IMG/VR virus record: IMGVR_UViG_3300002036_000007
Span: 242 to 64,241 of that record
DNA from: a virus
DNA length: 64,000 bases
Direction: 5' to 3' (one strand)
This document shows, one piece after another, positions 9,584 through 19,790 of this stretch (the first letter of the stretch is position 1; each line of letters begins with the position of its first letter). The notes beneath the pieces are model-generated. The model saw nothing but the letters and a program-made list of their open reading frames with translations. It searched no databases and had not been told where the DNA came from. The position numbers and the translations under genes were made by a program.

Positions 9584-12500
9584 AAAATAGGAAGTATACC
9601 CTGTTGAATTTATCAAAACCGGATAAAGCCAATCTGGAGCGAGTCGCTGCGCGCGTTGATTACGAAGGCGAGTCTGAAGCTGTTTCATATTGGTTTCGGT
9701 ACGGTATCGAGAAAGGCGATCCAATACCCGACGACGTTGCAGCCGTTGAAAGCGGCCTGCAGTTTCTAAGGACGCATTTATCAACCGATGGACCATATGC
9801 GGAATCAGCGCCAGAGTTGGCGGCGAGAATCACAGGCTTAATTAATGAAGATAAAGAGGCGGGAGACATGCTAGCAGTAGTACCACAACAGGCAACGTTA
9901 CCAACGCCAAACGTACCAGTAACTGGTGTTCCGTTTGAATTTGTTGGGTTATCTAATGGCGATACAATCCAATCGTTCGACCAGATATTGGCCTGGAAAA
10001 GCCTAGACGGAGACACAACCAGACAATGGGATTTGCTCATTCGTGAAGCTCAATATGGGCCATTCGACATAACTCAAATTGACGAAGCCAATGTACTGTA
10101 CAACAGTAGTGGTCTAGGTGTTCTTACCAACACACAAACACAGCCGGTATCGTGGCCAACAAATGGGGGGCAATTATATGTACGTCTTTCAGCATCGGGT
10201 CCAAATGGCTGGTCTGGTTGGGATCCAATAATTGAAGGTTATTACATCGACATCACTATAAATTCTTGGACACAGCCGCCAGCGCCGGTAGTACCGTTTA
10301 ATTTTGTTGGGCTTGCCGATGGTGATTTGATCACATCACAGAATCAACTGTTGTATTGGGAAAGCACAGACGGCAACACGCTGGTTCAATATGATGTCTT
10401 AGCGCGCTTAGCTAGCTACGGACCATTTTCAACAACACAACATGATGTTGATAACGTTTTCTACGATACACAAGGTATCGGCACACTAACAGATTCGTCA
10501 ACCCAACCAATTACATGGCCAACCAATGGCGAGCTAGTTAACCTGCGAATACTACGATCTAACCCAGCAGATGGCAGTTGGGCTGGATGGAATGCAATTG
10601 CCGAAGGTTCGTATTTTGATATCACTGTAACAGCACCAACAGTCACGCCAGAGACAGCGGACGACATCAGTATGGCGGGCTTGTCTTTACTGCAAATGCC
10701 ATCGTCGGTTATACCGGAGGGAAGCTGGACTAGTGCGACATGGGCAGACACGTTACCGCCCAATAGCTCGCTGATTTTCTCTAGTTTAGAAGCCAATATC
10801 AGCTCTAAGATTATTAACGGTGACATGTACATAAACGCTCGCATGGACCCATTAACAGGTGCAAATGATACAGCAGGAACCAATAGGCCAGAGGTTGGAA
10901 TTGACATCGATGATGATACGCACTATCGAATGGTCTTTGAGACATTAATACCTGCATCTTTTGATTACGGCATCAATCTCAACCAAAGAACGGCTAAATT
11001 AGGCCCAGGCTTTGCGTCTGACAAAGTGATCAGCGGCGGCTCGCCAGATGACGATGGTTTTTCTGCACGTCTAAACATGCGAGCGGATAACACCCTGCTT
11101 GCTTCTGAGGCGTGGTGGTGCATCTACAGCTACGCGGCAAACAGAAACAACCAATTCGGTGACGATCTATTCCTTTTGAATGAAGATGGCTCGCGTCACA
11201 TCATTCAAAAAGATGCGCTTTATCGATTCGGTGTTGAAATCAAAATGAATAGCACAGCAGCGGCGGCTGATGGCTATATCAGGGTTTGGGTGCAGGTAGA
11301 TGGTGCGCCAAAATGGTTGGCACTCCAGCAAACAGGAATCCAATGGTGGGGTTCAGCCATACCAATCGTTGAGCGCATATTCTGGCAAATGTTTCACGGT
11401 GGGAATAGCATTAGTTGGCGACCAGCTAATTCAAATGATATTTGTTTTCGCGCATTGGGTTGGGCTAAAGGTGGCTTTACTACAACTGTTCAGCCGCCAG
11501 CAGCATCTTCAACGATGACATACGCTCAAATACGGGCGGCAGGTGATCAAAACAAAGGGTATGAAGCCGCTTTTTGGCATGACGATCATCTCGCTGAATT
11601 TCTAAATTTGAACGACACGGTAACCTCATGGACGGTTGATGAGGCCAACGAAATCATTTATGGAGAAGAGGAACCAGCGCCAGCCGCTAACGCTATATCA
11701 CTACCTGCTCCAACCGGTGGCAATGACACCAACAGGCTTTACTCAGCAATGCAGGCCAATAAATCATATGTTGGAAGCGGCACATATAAAATAGCAGGGC
11801 TAAATTTTGATAAAAACAACGTAAAGATACACAACTTAAATCTTGAACCTGCTAGTGGTGCGACCACTATGGTTACAGTGACCGCTGACGATGTTTATTT
11901 AGATAAATTGACAATAGACGCGAAGCGCCAATCCAGTGTCTATAGAGGGTTAGTCGTAGAGAAAAGTGCGGCTCGTTTTAAAGCAACTAGTCCGACTATA
12001 TGTAACTTTCATCACAAAGCCGGTGGAGTCGGAACAGGCAACTTAAACGTAGCTGGTATTTTTCTACGAGGTACTGATGGTTACCATATCGCTAGACCGC
12101 ACATAGAGCATTTAATTAATGATACTGGAGTAACTGGCAATCTTGGTTATAGACAATCGTCAGTCGTAGCGACATGCAACGGCATTGTTATAACTGGCTC
12201 TAATCAACATGTGATTGGCGATGGCTACATCGCCGGTGGCTATATTAATAATATCCAATCTAATGGGTCGGGACGTGATGCTGAAGGAATCAAAATTCAG
12301 GGACACGCAAACAACGGAGTATTCGATAAATACCCGCGCATATTTTCTATGGAGGCGTACGACACAGGGAAGCGCTTTATTAAACAACAAAGTTCTGGAT
12401 TGCTCGCAGTGGGTTGTTATTATCACACAACAACTTTGACATCACGCGATCTCACAGAGATCAGGTTCCCGTTTAATCACTACAACTGCGTACTGGCAGC

Positions 12501-12861
12501 AGGTGTAAGAGGTAATGTAGTTAGGAACTGCATTTCTGAAGATACGACAGGCCGATACGAATCTATTTTCGATTGGACTTCTAACGGGGCTATGCGAGAT
12601 AGCGCCTTTGAATACAACCAGGTTATCTTAAATACGCCAAATACCCGAACAAGCCAGATAATACCGGTATTTTTAATCCAAGGCACACTAACCGCAACGC
12701 CAGCGCCAATGCCTATAAACTCAAGAATTAACAATAACAGAGTGACGGGTCCGGCTAGATACATTTATAAATACAAAAGCCCTATTCCCAACCCAGCGCC
12801 ATCAAGTTTGACACTTGGGAATACGTGGGCACAGAACCCCACTGTATCAATTTACGGCTAA
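9562..12861 (+). CDS. multi-domain virion protein: two tandem ~120-aa domains, a PL14-like polysaccharide lyase and a C-terminal beta-helix (likely start TTG 9604)
   Basis: FDY...KLGPG...GG...DGFSARLNMR...YSY...MNS...DGYIRVW...FHGG...W pattern; beta-helix rungs after ~aa 715. Confidence 0.7.
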   Translation: MDRCSNLKNRKYTLLNLSKPDKANLERVAARVDYEGESEAVSYWFRYGIEKGDPIPDDVAAVESGLQFLRTHLSTDGPYAESAPELAARITGLINEDKEAGDMLAVVPQQATLPTPNVPVTGVPFEFVGLSNGDTIQSFDQILAWKSLDGDTTRQWDLLIREAQYGPFDITQIDEANVLYNSSGLGVLTNTQTQPVSWPTNGGQLYVRLSASGPNGWSGWDPIIEGYYIDITINSWTQPPAPVVPFNFVGLADGDLITSQNQLLYWESTDGNTLVQYDVLARLASYGPFSTTQHDVDNVFYDTQGIGTLTDSSTQPITWPTNGELVNLRILRSNPADGSWAGWNAIAEGSYFDITVTAPTVTPETADDISMAGLSLLQMPSSVIPEGSWTSATWADTLPPNSSLIFSSLEANISSKIINGDMYINARMDPLTGANDTAGTNRPEVGIDIDDDTHYRMVFETLIPASFDYGINLNQRTAKLGPGFASDKVISGGSPDDDGFSARLNMRADNTLLASEAWWCIYSYAANRNNQFGDDLFLLNEDGSRHIIQKDALYRFGVEIKMNSTAAAADGYIRVWVQVDGAPKWLALQQTGIQWWGSAIPIVERIFWQMFHGGNSISWRPANSNDICFRALGWAKGGFTTTVQPPAASSTMTYAQIRAAGDQNKGYEAAFWHDDHLAEFLNLNDTVTSWTVDEANEIIYGEEEPAPAANAISLPAPTGGNDTNRLYSAMQANKSYVGSGTYKIAGLNFDKNNVKIHNLNLEPASGATTMVTVTADDVYLDKLTIDAKRQSSVYRGLVVEKSAARFKATSPTICNFHHKAGGVGTGNLNVAGIFLRGTDGYHIARPHIEHLINDTGVTGNLGYRQSSVVATCNGIVITGSNQHVIGDGYIAGGYINNIQSNGSGRDAEGIKIQGHANNGVFDKYPRIFSMEAYDTGKRFIKQQSSGLLAVGCYYHTTTLTSRDLTEIRFPFNHYNCVLAAGVRGNVVRNCISEDTTGRYESIFDWTSNGAMRDSAFEYNQVILNTPNTRTSQIIPVFLIQGTLTATPAPMPINSRINNNRVTGPARYIYKYKSPIPNPAPSSLTLGNTWAQNPTVSIYG

Positions 12862-12881
12862 ATTATAGAGAGTACTAAAAC

Positions 12882-14813
12882 ATGGCAAATCACATAGAAG
12901 ATAAAGCCACAGATTGGCCGGTTGGCACGGTTGACGAAAATAATTCTGCAATTTCAGTACAGATTGTAGATGGTATAAAAGCGTGGACAGATTCGCAGCA
13001 ATCATTTGCGATGATTAACCCGCCTCCTAGTAATTTGATTTTGGGAAGTTGGAGCCGTATAGATGACAACACGGTCCAACTAGAATCTGGCGAATACACT
13101 GTTGACTCTCTCACATCATCTCTATCCATTCCTACGCTGTCTTTATTGGATAAACAGTCGATAGATATCGTCGATACTTCGGGCAATGTCAGCGCGGCAA
13201 AAACAATAACTATCACGGTTCTTGGGGTTATTGAGTACACCGATATAAACGGCAATTCGCAGACTGATACATCGGGGCTAATAATATTAGATTCAACAGG
13301 TCTTGCAATTAAAATCATTCGCGCTGGCAACGCATACCGAGTCATTGAGTATGGGTCCAGTCTTGTAAGCGGTAATTCGTCTGCGGACATTACGCAACTA
13401 CAAACCGATGTAGATACAGCCGAGGCCGCAATAGTCACATTGCAAAATGATGGCGCTACAGATGCAGAGCTAGCCACAGCCGAAGCTGCAGCGGCAACAG
13501 CACGCACTGCATTAATATCAGCTCAAGCCGCTGTGGATGCGACGCAGGATGCAGCGCAGACCGTTCAGAATAACAGGCTTACTGCTCTGGAAGCGTTACA
13601 CCAAGACGCGGCTGCGATATTGCCTGCAACACCAGGCGATACTACGCAGGTATTTAACTGGAATACAACCAGCCCACTGCAAATTGAAGCGTCTGATTTT
13701 TATGTAACCGAAGACCCCGCATCAACAACACCGTTAACAGAGATCGCTATTGATGACGGTGAGACAAAAAGACTTTATCTGGTCGGTGATTTAAAAGGCG
13801 GTACGCATGTTGCCGGTATTGAGTTTGACTTAACAAGAACCGGTAACGCTGTAGCTGGCACCCTTATTGATCAAGTTTTTAAATCAAATGAGACTGATTA
13901 CACGATTCTGACGTATAACGATTTAGATGAAAGTAATGCAAATGTTGGATTGCTTAGTCAAGCTATGATTGATTATATATTTGATCTGAACTTTGTAACG
14001 GATGTGCATCCAGCAACGGCTGGTGATTTAATAAATAATCTGGTCGTTAATGGCCCTACAGGTATATTCAGAAATAGGGTTTCTGATCCAACGGTATCTG
14101 ATACGCCAATCACATCTAACGCTGCTGGAACAGACATAGTCTTAGGAATGGATTTAACAGAGCATGCTGGTATGTTTCTTGAGGTCGATGTGTACGATTC
14201 GGCTGGTGATAAAAGAACTTGGGGTATTACCAAGCTTAATCTTGATAAAATTCTGGCTGATTTTGCTGCAAATCCTGCTGCGCCTGGTCATGGGCTTATT
14301 CATACATTTTCAAATGCGTATGTGCAAATTAAAATTATTGATCCGGCAACGGGATTAGTTAATTTACGTTCAGTTAACAGAGACATGACGTTTAACAATG
14401 CATCGCTGTTGATTGATGCAACGATGGTTTCTACACGAGTGGGGATGCGCGAATGGGGGCCGACAGGACGCACCCCAGCAGAAGGTTATTTAGCAATGAC
14501 TGGGATTGTTACTAACGGTGCTGTTGATTACCCAGTAGCAGCATCTCGCAACCCGGTTTATATCACGGCTAATGGACTAGACTTTGATTTTAGCGAATGG
14601 GATGGCGCATTCCCCAGTAACTTGGGGTTAAACCGAGACGCAGAGGGCGCAAGACAAGGCCATCAGCAACAGTACATACCTAATGCCCCTGTTGGTACTG
14701 CAGTCAATTCAGGCGGCGGCTCAACAGTTAGAGGGCGATCAGACACAGGTGAAACCAGACCAACTAACGTTGCAGAACAACTGTATATGATTGTCGATAC
14801 CTACAAAGGGTAA
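12882..14813 (+). CDS. tail fibre with coiled coil and C-terminal tail-collar domain
   Basis: Coiled coil (DITQLQTDV...NNRLTALE); C-term EWGP.G..PAEGYLAM.G...YP and ETRPTNVA collar motifs. Confidence 0.75.
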   Translation: MANHIEDKATDWPVGTVDENNSAISVQIVDGIKAWTDSQQSFAMINPPPSNLILGSWSRIDDNTVQLESGEYTVDSLTSSLSIPTLSLLDKQSIDIVDTSGNVSAAKTITITVLGVIEYTDINGNSQTDTSGLIILDSTGLAIKIIRAGNAYRVIEYGSSLVSGNSSADITQLQTDVDTAEAAIVTLQNDGATDAELATAEAAAATARTALISAQAAVDATQDAAQTVQNNRLTALEALHQDAAAILPATPGDTTQVFNWNTTSPLQIEASDFYVTEDPASTTPLTEIAIDDGETKRLYLVGDLKGGTHVAGIEFDLTRTGNAVAGTLIDQVFKSNETDYTILTYNDLDESNANVGLLSQAMIDYIFDLNFVTDVHPATAGDLINNLVVNGPTGIFRNRVSDPTVSDTPITSNAAGTDIVLGMDLTEHAGMFLEVDVYDSAGDKRTWGITKLNLDKILADFAANPAAPGHGLIHTFSNAYVQIKIIDPATGLVNLRSVNRDMTFNNASLLIDATMVSTRVGMREWGPTGRTPAEGYLAMTGIVTNGAVDYPVAASRNPVYITANGLDFDFSEWDGAFPSNLGLNRDAEGARQGHQQQYIPNAPVGTAVNSGGGSTVRGRSDTGETRPTNVAEQLYMIVDTYKG

Positions 14814-15048
14814 CAGAGTGGCTGTTAGAACTTCACAGATAGCCGGTGGTAGTTTCGGTGGCGCATCTAGCACCGTTACGAGCAGTGCTGCGATAACCTT
14901 TGCACCCGATCAGGATATAGAGGCAACAACGGTTAGGGCTGCATTGCTTGAGCTTGATCAGGAGATCGCAAACAACGCCGCGAGCATTAGTGCGCAGAAC
15001 AACATACCACCCGTTTTAGTACGATTTAACTCACTAAGAGATCAGTAA
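14791..15048 (+). CDS. small fibre-associated protein
   Basis: AITFAP..IEATTVRAALLEL fibre motif. Confidence 0.55.
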   Translation: MSIPTKGNRVAVRTSQIAGGSFGGASSTVTSSAAITFAPDQDIEATTVRAALLELDQEIANNAASISAQNNIPPVLVRFNSLRDQ

Positions 15049-15050
15049 AA

Positions 15051-15521
15051 ATGGCAACACCACAAGTAGAAATCGAAGCGCTAACAGATTTAACTGTAGC
15101 CAATATCCGTGATTTGGCCGTTAGTATTTCTGGTACAGGTGGTCACAAAAACGCTAACGTTGTATCAATACTCAACACCACAGCCAAAGACCTTGCAGGC
15201 GCGATTAACGAGCTTAACGCCGCGCTTGGTAATGTTGTGATGATCGATGACACAGCGCCATCTGCAAGCAGCACGTATTCATCAAATAAAATTGATGCAG
15301 ATCGAGCGGCAGATATTGCGGCCGCACTTGAAGGCGAAGACTTGTCAGACTTGGCGGCGGCTGTAGCGGCAAATGCTCAAGCCGACAGTGGCCTGTTGAA
15401 CTTCACATCAGCACAAACATTGACAGCAGCAGAGCAGGTGCAAGGACAAACAAATCTAGGGCTTGGCAATCTTACAAACCTTGATCTGGTTAATCGATTT
15501 AATACGGCTCGTGATGCCTAA
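15051..15521 (+). CDS. virion fibre/decoration protein
   Basis: LNTTAKDLAGAINEL, TYSSNKI and QTLTAAEQVQGQTNLG motifs common in phage structural proteins. Confidence 0.65.
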   Translation: MATPQVEIEALTDLTVANIRDLAVSISGTGGHKNANVVSILNTTAKDLAGAINELNAALGNVVMIDDTAPSASSTYSSNKIDADRAADIAAALEGEDLSDLAAAVAANAQADSGLLNFTSAQTLTAAEQVQGQTNLGLGNLTNLDLVNRFNTARDA

Positions 15522-16090
15522 TGACTATCACGGAAACAGAGCTGAAAGGCTTTGCAGATCATTTGGGCGATCAGGTCAAACAGCTTGCAGTTAATGTCGT
15601 CGATATCAGCGGCCAATTCCTGTTAGACCCGAACGAGATAAACGGTTGGGGTGCAATTGGCATGCACGACAACACCAACTCGCAGGATTTGGGTAATGTC
15701 AATGCGGCTAATTGGGTTAGAACATCTGGCGGCTTTAGGCGTCCGTATGACATTCAATTGCTGAGTTTAGAGGCTGACACCCATAACACTAATGCGGCGG
15801 CGCATGCTTGGGGCTGGGCTATGGCTCGACAGCTAAAAACAGGTGGCTCAAATACCGTCTCAACGACAATGATTATCAATGAGGCGCTAGACAATGGCGG
15901 CGCTGGGTTGCGTGATTATGGCAATAACCAAAATCAAAAGACATTGATTGACTTGAGTGCAAATGCAAATGCGTTAGTACCCGCTGGTGAGATCGTTGTG
16001 CTTGGCGTGGCTGCGCCAACAGCGGTTACTACTAACTACTATGTCCGGGTCATGTCCGGTTTTATTTCGTACCGGCGTGTATTTCAATAG
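15521..16090 (+). CDS. putative virion beta-sandwich protein
   Basis: Coupled ORF in the fibre cluster. Confidence 0.55.
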   Translation: MTITETELKGFADHLGDQVKQLAVNVVDISGQFLLDPNEINGWGAIGMHDNTNSQDLGNVNAANWVRTSGGFRRPYDIQLLSLEADTHNTNAAAHAWGWAMARQLKTGGSNTVSTTMIINEALDNGGAGLRDYGNNQNQKTLIDLSANANALVPAGEIVVLGVAAPTAVTTNYYVRVMSGFISYRRVFQ

Positions 16091-16146
16091 TTAAATATAA
16101 AGTTCGGGGGCTTTAATAACGGACAAAGGCAAATGGTAAAGAACAA

Positions 16147-16449
16147 ATGAGCACAGAAAACAAAGGCCCGCTTGATGGCGTCAGCCTTGGCGATATTTTA
16201 AAAATAGTCGGTATGGCTGCAGCGCTTGCAGGTGGTTGGTTTATGATGAAAGGTGCCACAGAACGCAATGCCGAAATAATAATGGAACTAAAAAAACACA
16301 ACGAAAAGCAGGATACTTTAATTTCGAACAATGCCAGCAAAATGGCAGGAATAGAAAACACGCTCACAGGCCAAGGCAGAGACGTTTCACACATCAGAGA
16401 GACACTTGACGAGCTAAAGCCGCATATCCTTAAAGGAATAAACAGGTGA
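16147..16449 (+). CDS. single-TM plus coiled-coil protein (holin-like/XhlA-like)
   Basis: ILKIVGMAAALAGGWFMM followed by heptads. Confidence 0.55.
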   Translation: MSTENKGPLDGVSLGDILKIVGMAAALAGGWFMMKGATERNAEIIMELKKHNEKQDTLISNNASKMAGIENTLTGQGRDVSHIRETLDELKPHILKGINR

Positions 16450-16673
16450 CCGGTTGGTTTGTATTTCTCAACTTATGGTACACATGCATGGGTGGTGCAA
16501 GCTGCCACATGGGGAACCCGAGATCACATTATGTGTTTGAAACCGAGGCTGCGTGTGAGGCCAGTCTTAAGGTTCGTGAAGATGAGGTCAGGTTGGTAAA
16601 TATGTTGTATGAGGGCAGCTATGACATTGAGTGCGTTAAGATCATCGACGGCGTACTACAACTAGACAATTGA
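16446..16673 (+). CDS. hypothetical, possibly secreted, protein
   Basis: Hydrophobic N-terminus and four Cys. Confidence 0.55.
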   Translation: MTGWFVFLNLWYTCMGGASCHMGNPRSHYVFETEAACEASLKVREDEVRLVNMLYEGSYDIECVKIIDGVLQLDN

Positions 16674-16707
16674 TTGATCAAAACAGACATTAAAAACAGG
16701 AAAGAGC

Positions 16708-17670
16708 ATGCCTTTATTATTAGTCAATGCGAATGATCTTGCGTCAGTTGTTAGACAGAAATGGAATGCTATCGCAACGCGAGTTAATCAAATCGACGCA
16801 GCGCCATCACAAGGTGGTATCCAGTGGGTTAATGGCAACACGCTAACACGCGTTGAGCAATCGCTGAGTGGAGAAACATATACCTTTGTATTGAAGCCAT
16901 CAGGCAGCACGACAGCGGACCCAGCATCACCAGCAGGCTACACGCATTGGGCTATTGAGAATCGCGGCACGTTGTTGTTCTACCCTTCTATTGGGCCTTA
17001 TCTGTCGATAGGTCAGATGGTGATGAGCGGCGGTAGGCAGTATCAATTGCTGACACCGTACCAATCGCCACCTACGCCTATTAGTGATAGCCAGTGGAAG
17101 GATATATTTGCTGATGCAGCGAGCGGTGCAGGTGGTGGTGTTGATCCGGTTGATCCAGAGCCTCCGGTAACGCCTCCCGTTACACCGACATCCGGTACGG
17201 AAACATCCTTTGCATTCGTTGACTATGACATGAGCCAAATTTGGTATCAGGTAGATGGTGACGGGGGTCAATCATGGTCGCAATCACAACTAATAAACGA
17301 CTACACCGGATTGGGGTACGTAACTACTAACAACGTCAGTCTTACTAACGTCGGCGATAACGCAAGAGCGTATTATCACAACTTTAACTTTGACCATGAG
17401 AACGACAGAAAGGCATGGATCCGTGTTTACTCGACTGGCATTAGTGGGCAGTTGGGCGTCCAGTCAAGGGGTAATGGTGACTTCTATCCGTTCACAGGCA
17501 TCGCGCCTGGTCAATGGGTTTGGCACGAGATAGGCCGACCATTCAAAGCGTACGATCATCAGTTTGTGCTTACGGGCATAACGCCGTTGTTTGCAGTTGA
17601 TAAGCTGATACTGACCGATATGAATAATCCTGATGTACCAACCGATGGGATTGGGTTCTATAACCCGTGA
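16708..17670 (+). CDS. virion protein with carbohydrate-binding-like modules
   Basis: CBM5/12-like GQMVMSGGRQYQLL...QWKD, Pro-rich linker, C-terminal jelly-roll-like GQWVW...VDKLILT. Confidence 0.6.
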   Translation: MPLLLVNANDLASVVRQKWNAIATRVNQIDAAPSQGGIQWVNGNTLTRVEQSLSGETYTFVLKPSGSTTADPASPAGYTHWAIENRGTLLFYPSIGPYLSIGQMVMSGGRQYQLLTPYQSPPTPISDSQWKDIFADAASGAGGGVDPVDPEPPVTPPVTPTSGTETSFAFVDYDMSQIWYQVDGDGGQSWSQSQLINDYTGLGYVTTNNVSLTNVGDNARAYYHNFNFDHENDRKAWIRVYSTGISGQLGVQSRGNGDFYPFTGIAPGQWVWHEIGRPFKAYDHQFVLTGITPLFAVDKLILTDMNNPDVPTDGIGFYNP

Positions 17671-18080
17671 GTTATTCGCAAGCTACAACCGGAATTGATC
17701 GAGAGCAAAACCTGTTTGGTGGGTTAAATGCTGATGAATCTATTGCGTTTGGACCGCTTGAGATTAACGATAGAAACACTGAGTTTTTTTGGGATGCAAG
17801 CAACGTAGCGGCTGATAGTTTTCGCCTGGTTATCGGTTTAGGTTCTGGTCAATCTGAATTTGCGGATAGCGGTATAATTACCAGCACGACTCAGGCATTT
17901 AGCTTGCCAGTCAACACACCGTATTTTGTCACGCTGTACTATCGATTTGGTGAGGAGCCTTGGCGCAGTGTTTACCGGCAATATACTGCTATTAACGTGG
18001 CTTACGTTCCATCACCTACCGCAGCATGGATTGAAGGCGATGGCATATTCTGGAACGATGCTGCGATCTGGACTGAATAG
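17667..18080 (+). CDS. putative virion protein (Ig/FN3-like)
   Basis: FFWDA...FRLVIG...LPVNTPYFVTLYY beta-sandwich pattern. Confidence 0.55.
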   Translation: MSYSQATTGIDREQNLFGGLNADESIAFGPLEINDRNTEFFWDASNVAADSFRLVIGLGSGQSEFADSGIITSTTQAFSLPVNTPYFVTLYYRFGEEPWRSVYRQYTAINVAYVPSPTAAWIEGDGIFWNDAAIWTE

Positions 18081-18284
18081 ATGATTGAGTATAAACAGGT
18101 CGTTAACTTCGTTGGTTTGATTGCTTGGGTCTCAATAGCTCTTGGGTGCATGGCCTATGCAATCCCGTGGAACAGTGAGCAAAGGCCAGATACATGGCTG
18201 CTTGTGATCGGTCTGGGAATTATTCTTATCCCCTTGCTTGTTTATGGGCTTTGGGACTTAGCTGGATCGTATAGAAATAAATGA
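18081..18284 (+). CDS. 2-TM membrane protein
   Basis: Two hydrophobic helices. Confidence 0.6.
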   Translation: MIEYKQVVNFVGLIAWVSIALGCMAYAIPWNSEQRPDTWLLVIGLGIILIPLLVYGLWDLAGSYRNK

Positions 18285-18745
18285 GAGTTATAAAAGAGCC
18301 TTGCATTCTGGCCGAAGGTGGGCTGAGTGACGACATCATTTCGATGATGGCCGAGAGTGAGCATTGTGATTCAGAGGCAGAGGCCAGAGGACAACTACAA
18401 ACGCTACTCACTGAAGCCTTTGAGGCTGGCCAGGCGCATTCAGTAGCGCCAGTACAGATAATACAGCAGCCACAGCCAGAAGTCGTCGTCAGGACGCAGG
18501 CAGCGCCAACAGGCGGCACAGTAGACGTTCATGAGCTAAGAGACTGGGCCATCATTGATGAAGAAGCACCAGAGAACGTACTAGAAACGTTTGTGTTTCA
18601 TCAGTGTGCAGGATTGGACAACAAAACCGCCTTCATGGCTCAACTGCATGCTGGCCTGAAATGGTTCGCAAAGACGTACACGGGTACAGAGATTAAGTTC
18701 ACTAAGCGACCGCCTCCGGTTAATGACAATGTTCAGAATATGTGA
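18281..18745 (+). CDS. hypothetical protein
   Basis: Coupled ORF. Confidence 0.6.
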   Translation: MRVIKEPCILAEGGLSDDIISMMAESEHCDSEAEARGQLQTLLTEAFEAGQAHSVAPVQIIQQPQPEVVVRTQAAPTGGTVDVHELRDWAIIDEEAPENVLETFVFHQCAGLDNKTAFMAQLHAGLKWFAKTYTGTEIKFTKRPPPVNDNVQNM

Positions 18746-19074
18746 GGAAAGTTATGAATAGCGAACAAATCGAACAAACTATTCAAGAAAAGAACCTATC
18801 AGCTTTGCGGGTAACTCTTGATCTTATCAATGCAATTGCAGAAAAGGCTGAGAGGCGCTACTGGGTGCCTGAAGGAACAACGCTCACTGTGTGCGTATTG
18901 GTCTTGGAGACAGGCTACACGGTATCTGGTGAAGCTGCATGCATAAGCCATGAGAACTACGACAAAGAAATGGGTGAGAAAATCGCATTTGAACGTGCTC
19001 GAGATAAATTGTGGGGCCTCGAAGGTTATGTGATGACCAGAACAGCCCATGATCTTGCTGTTAATTCAGATTAG
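18742..19074 (+). CDS. Phage_gp49_66-family protein
   Basis: TLTVCVLVLETGYTVSGEAAC...NYDKEMGEKIA...LWGLEGY. Confidence 0.8.
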   Translation: MRKVMNSEQIEQTIQEKNLSALRVTLDLINAIAEKAERRYWVPEGTTLTVCVLVLETGYTVSGEAACISHENYDKEMGEKIAFERARDKLWGLEGYVMTRTAHDLAVNSD

Positions 19075-19179
19075 AGCGTTATATTGATACACTAATGCAC
19101 ATTAATTGAACAAATATGCCTCAGATACCGAGGATATAACCAGAAATTGATACAAAGTCTTGAATTGGTAAAAATACCG

Positions 19180-19208
19180 TTGACCAGTTACGCGTAACTA
19201 GGTATACT
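19180..19208 (+). promoter_or_regulatory. sigma70 promoter with a palindromic operator in the spacer
   Basis: TTGACC-17 bp-TATACT; the spacer holds the perfect palindrome AGTTACGCGTAACT (19186-19199). Confidence 0.8.
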
Positions 19209-19250
19209 GTTTGCAAGTTAAGTAAATACACACGCAAACGGACCAATCAA

Positions 19251-19601
19251 ATGAATGTATCTGAAATCAAAAAAGTTGCAGAGATGGGAAGCTTGGCTGA
19301 CCCTGACTCTAGCGACATAAACGAGTCAACTTTGGCTAAATTGCGCAGCGCTTTTGTTGACAGCAAGCCCGATTCAATATTTGAACGACGATTTTCCAAA
19401 GGCGAGAAAAAAGGCGTAACAATAGAGTCTTTGAGTGCTTGCGCAGAAGCGCTTATAGCTAAGCGAGAAGCAAAAAACAACAGAGTCAGAGTTGAGTTTG
19501 ACAACTTTGCAGAGCTTGAAAAAGCAAAGGAGACTCAGGAAATCGGGAAATTTTGGAATGAGGGCATGAAAATAGTCGCATATTCATACGGAGATAAATA
19601 A
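19251..19601 (+). CDS. hypothetical protein (moron)
   Basis: First ORF after the 19180 promoter. Confidence 0.65.
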   Translation: MNVSEIKKVAEMGSLADPDSSDINESTLAKLRSAFVDSKPDSIFERRFSKGEKKGVTIESLSACAEALIAKREAKNNRVRVEFDNFAELEKAKETQEIGKFWNEGMKIVAYSYGDK

Positions 19602-19790
19602 ATGACTGCTCGATTCAGATTCAACGATCAAACAGAAGAGATACATGAGTACCGCGAAAATAAAAACGACTACATTTTTGCAGGCAAGTATCATACGTTT
19701 AACATAACGTCAAAAATGAGCGAGAAAAAGAAACACAAAATAGCAGAAGAATATTTGGACAAGCTCGAAGATAAGGACTTAAACTGCTGA
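19602..19790 (+). CDS. hypothetical protein (moron)
   Basis: GGAG RBS; abuts the previous ORF. Confidence 0.6.
   Translation: MTARFRFNDQTEEIHEYRENKNDYIFAGKYHTFNITSKMSEKKKHKIAEEYLDKLEDKDLNC

Noticed and set aside
6028-18080. Diversity-generating retroelement acting on fibre genes
   Set aside because: No reverse transcriptase and no TR/VR pair differing at adenines was seen
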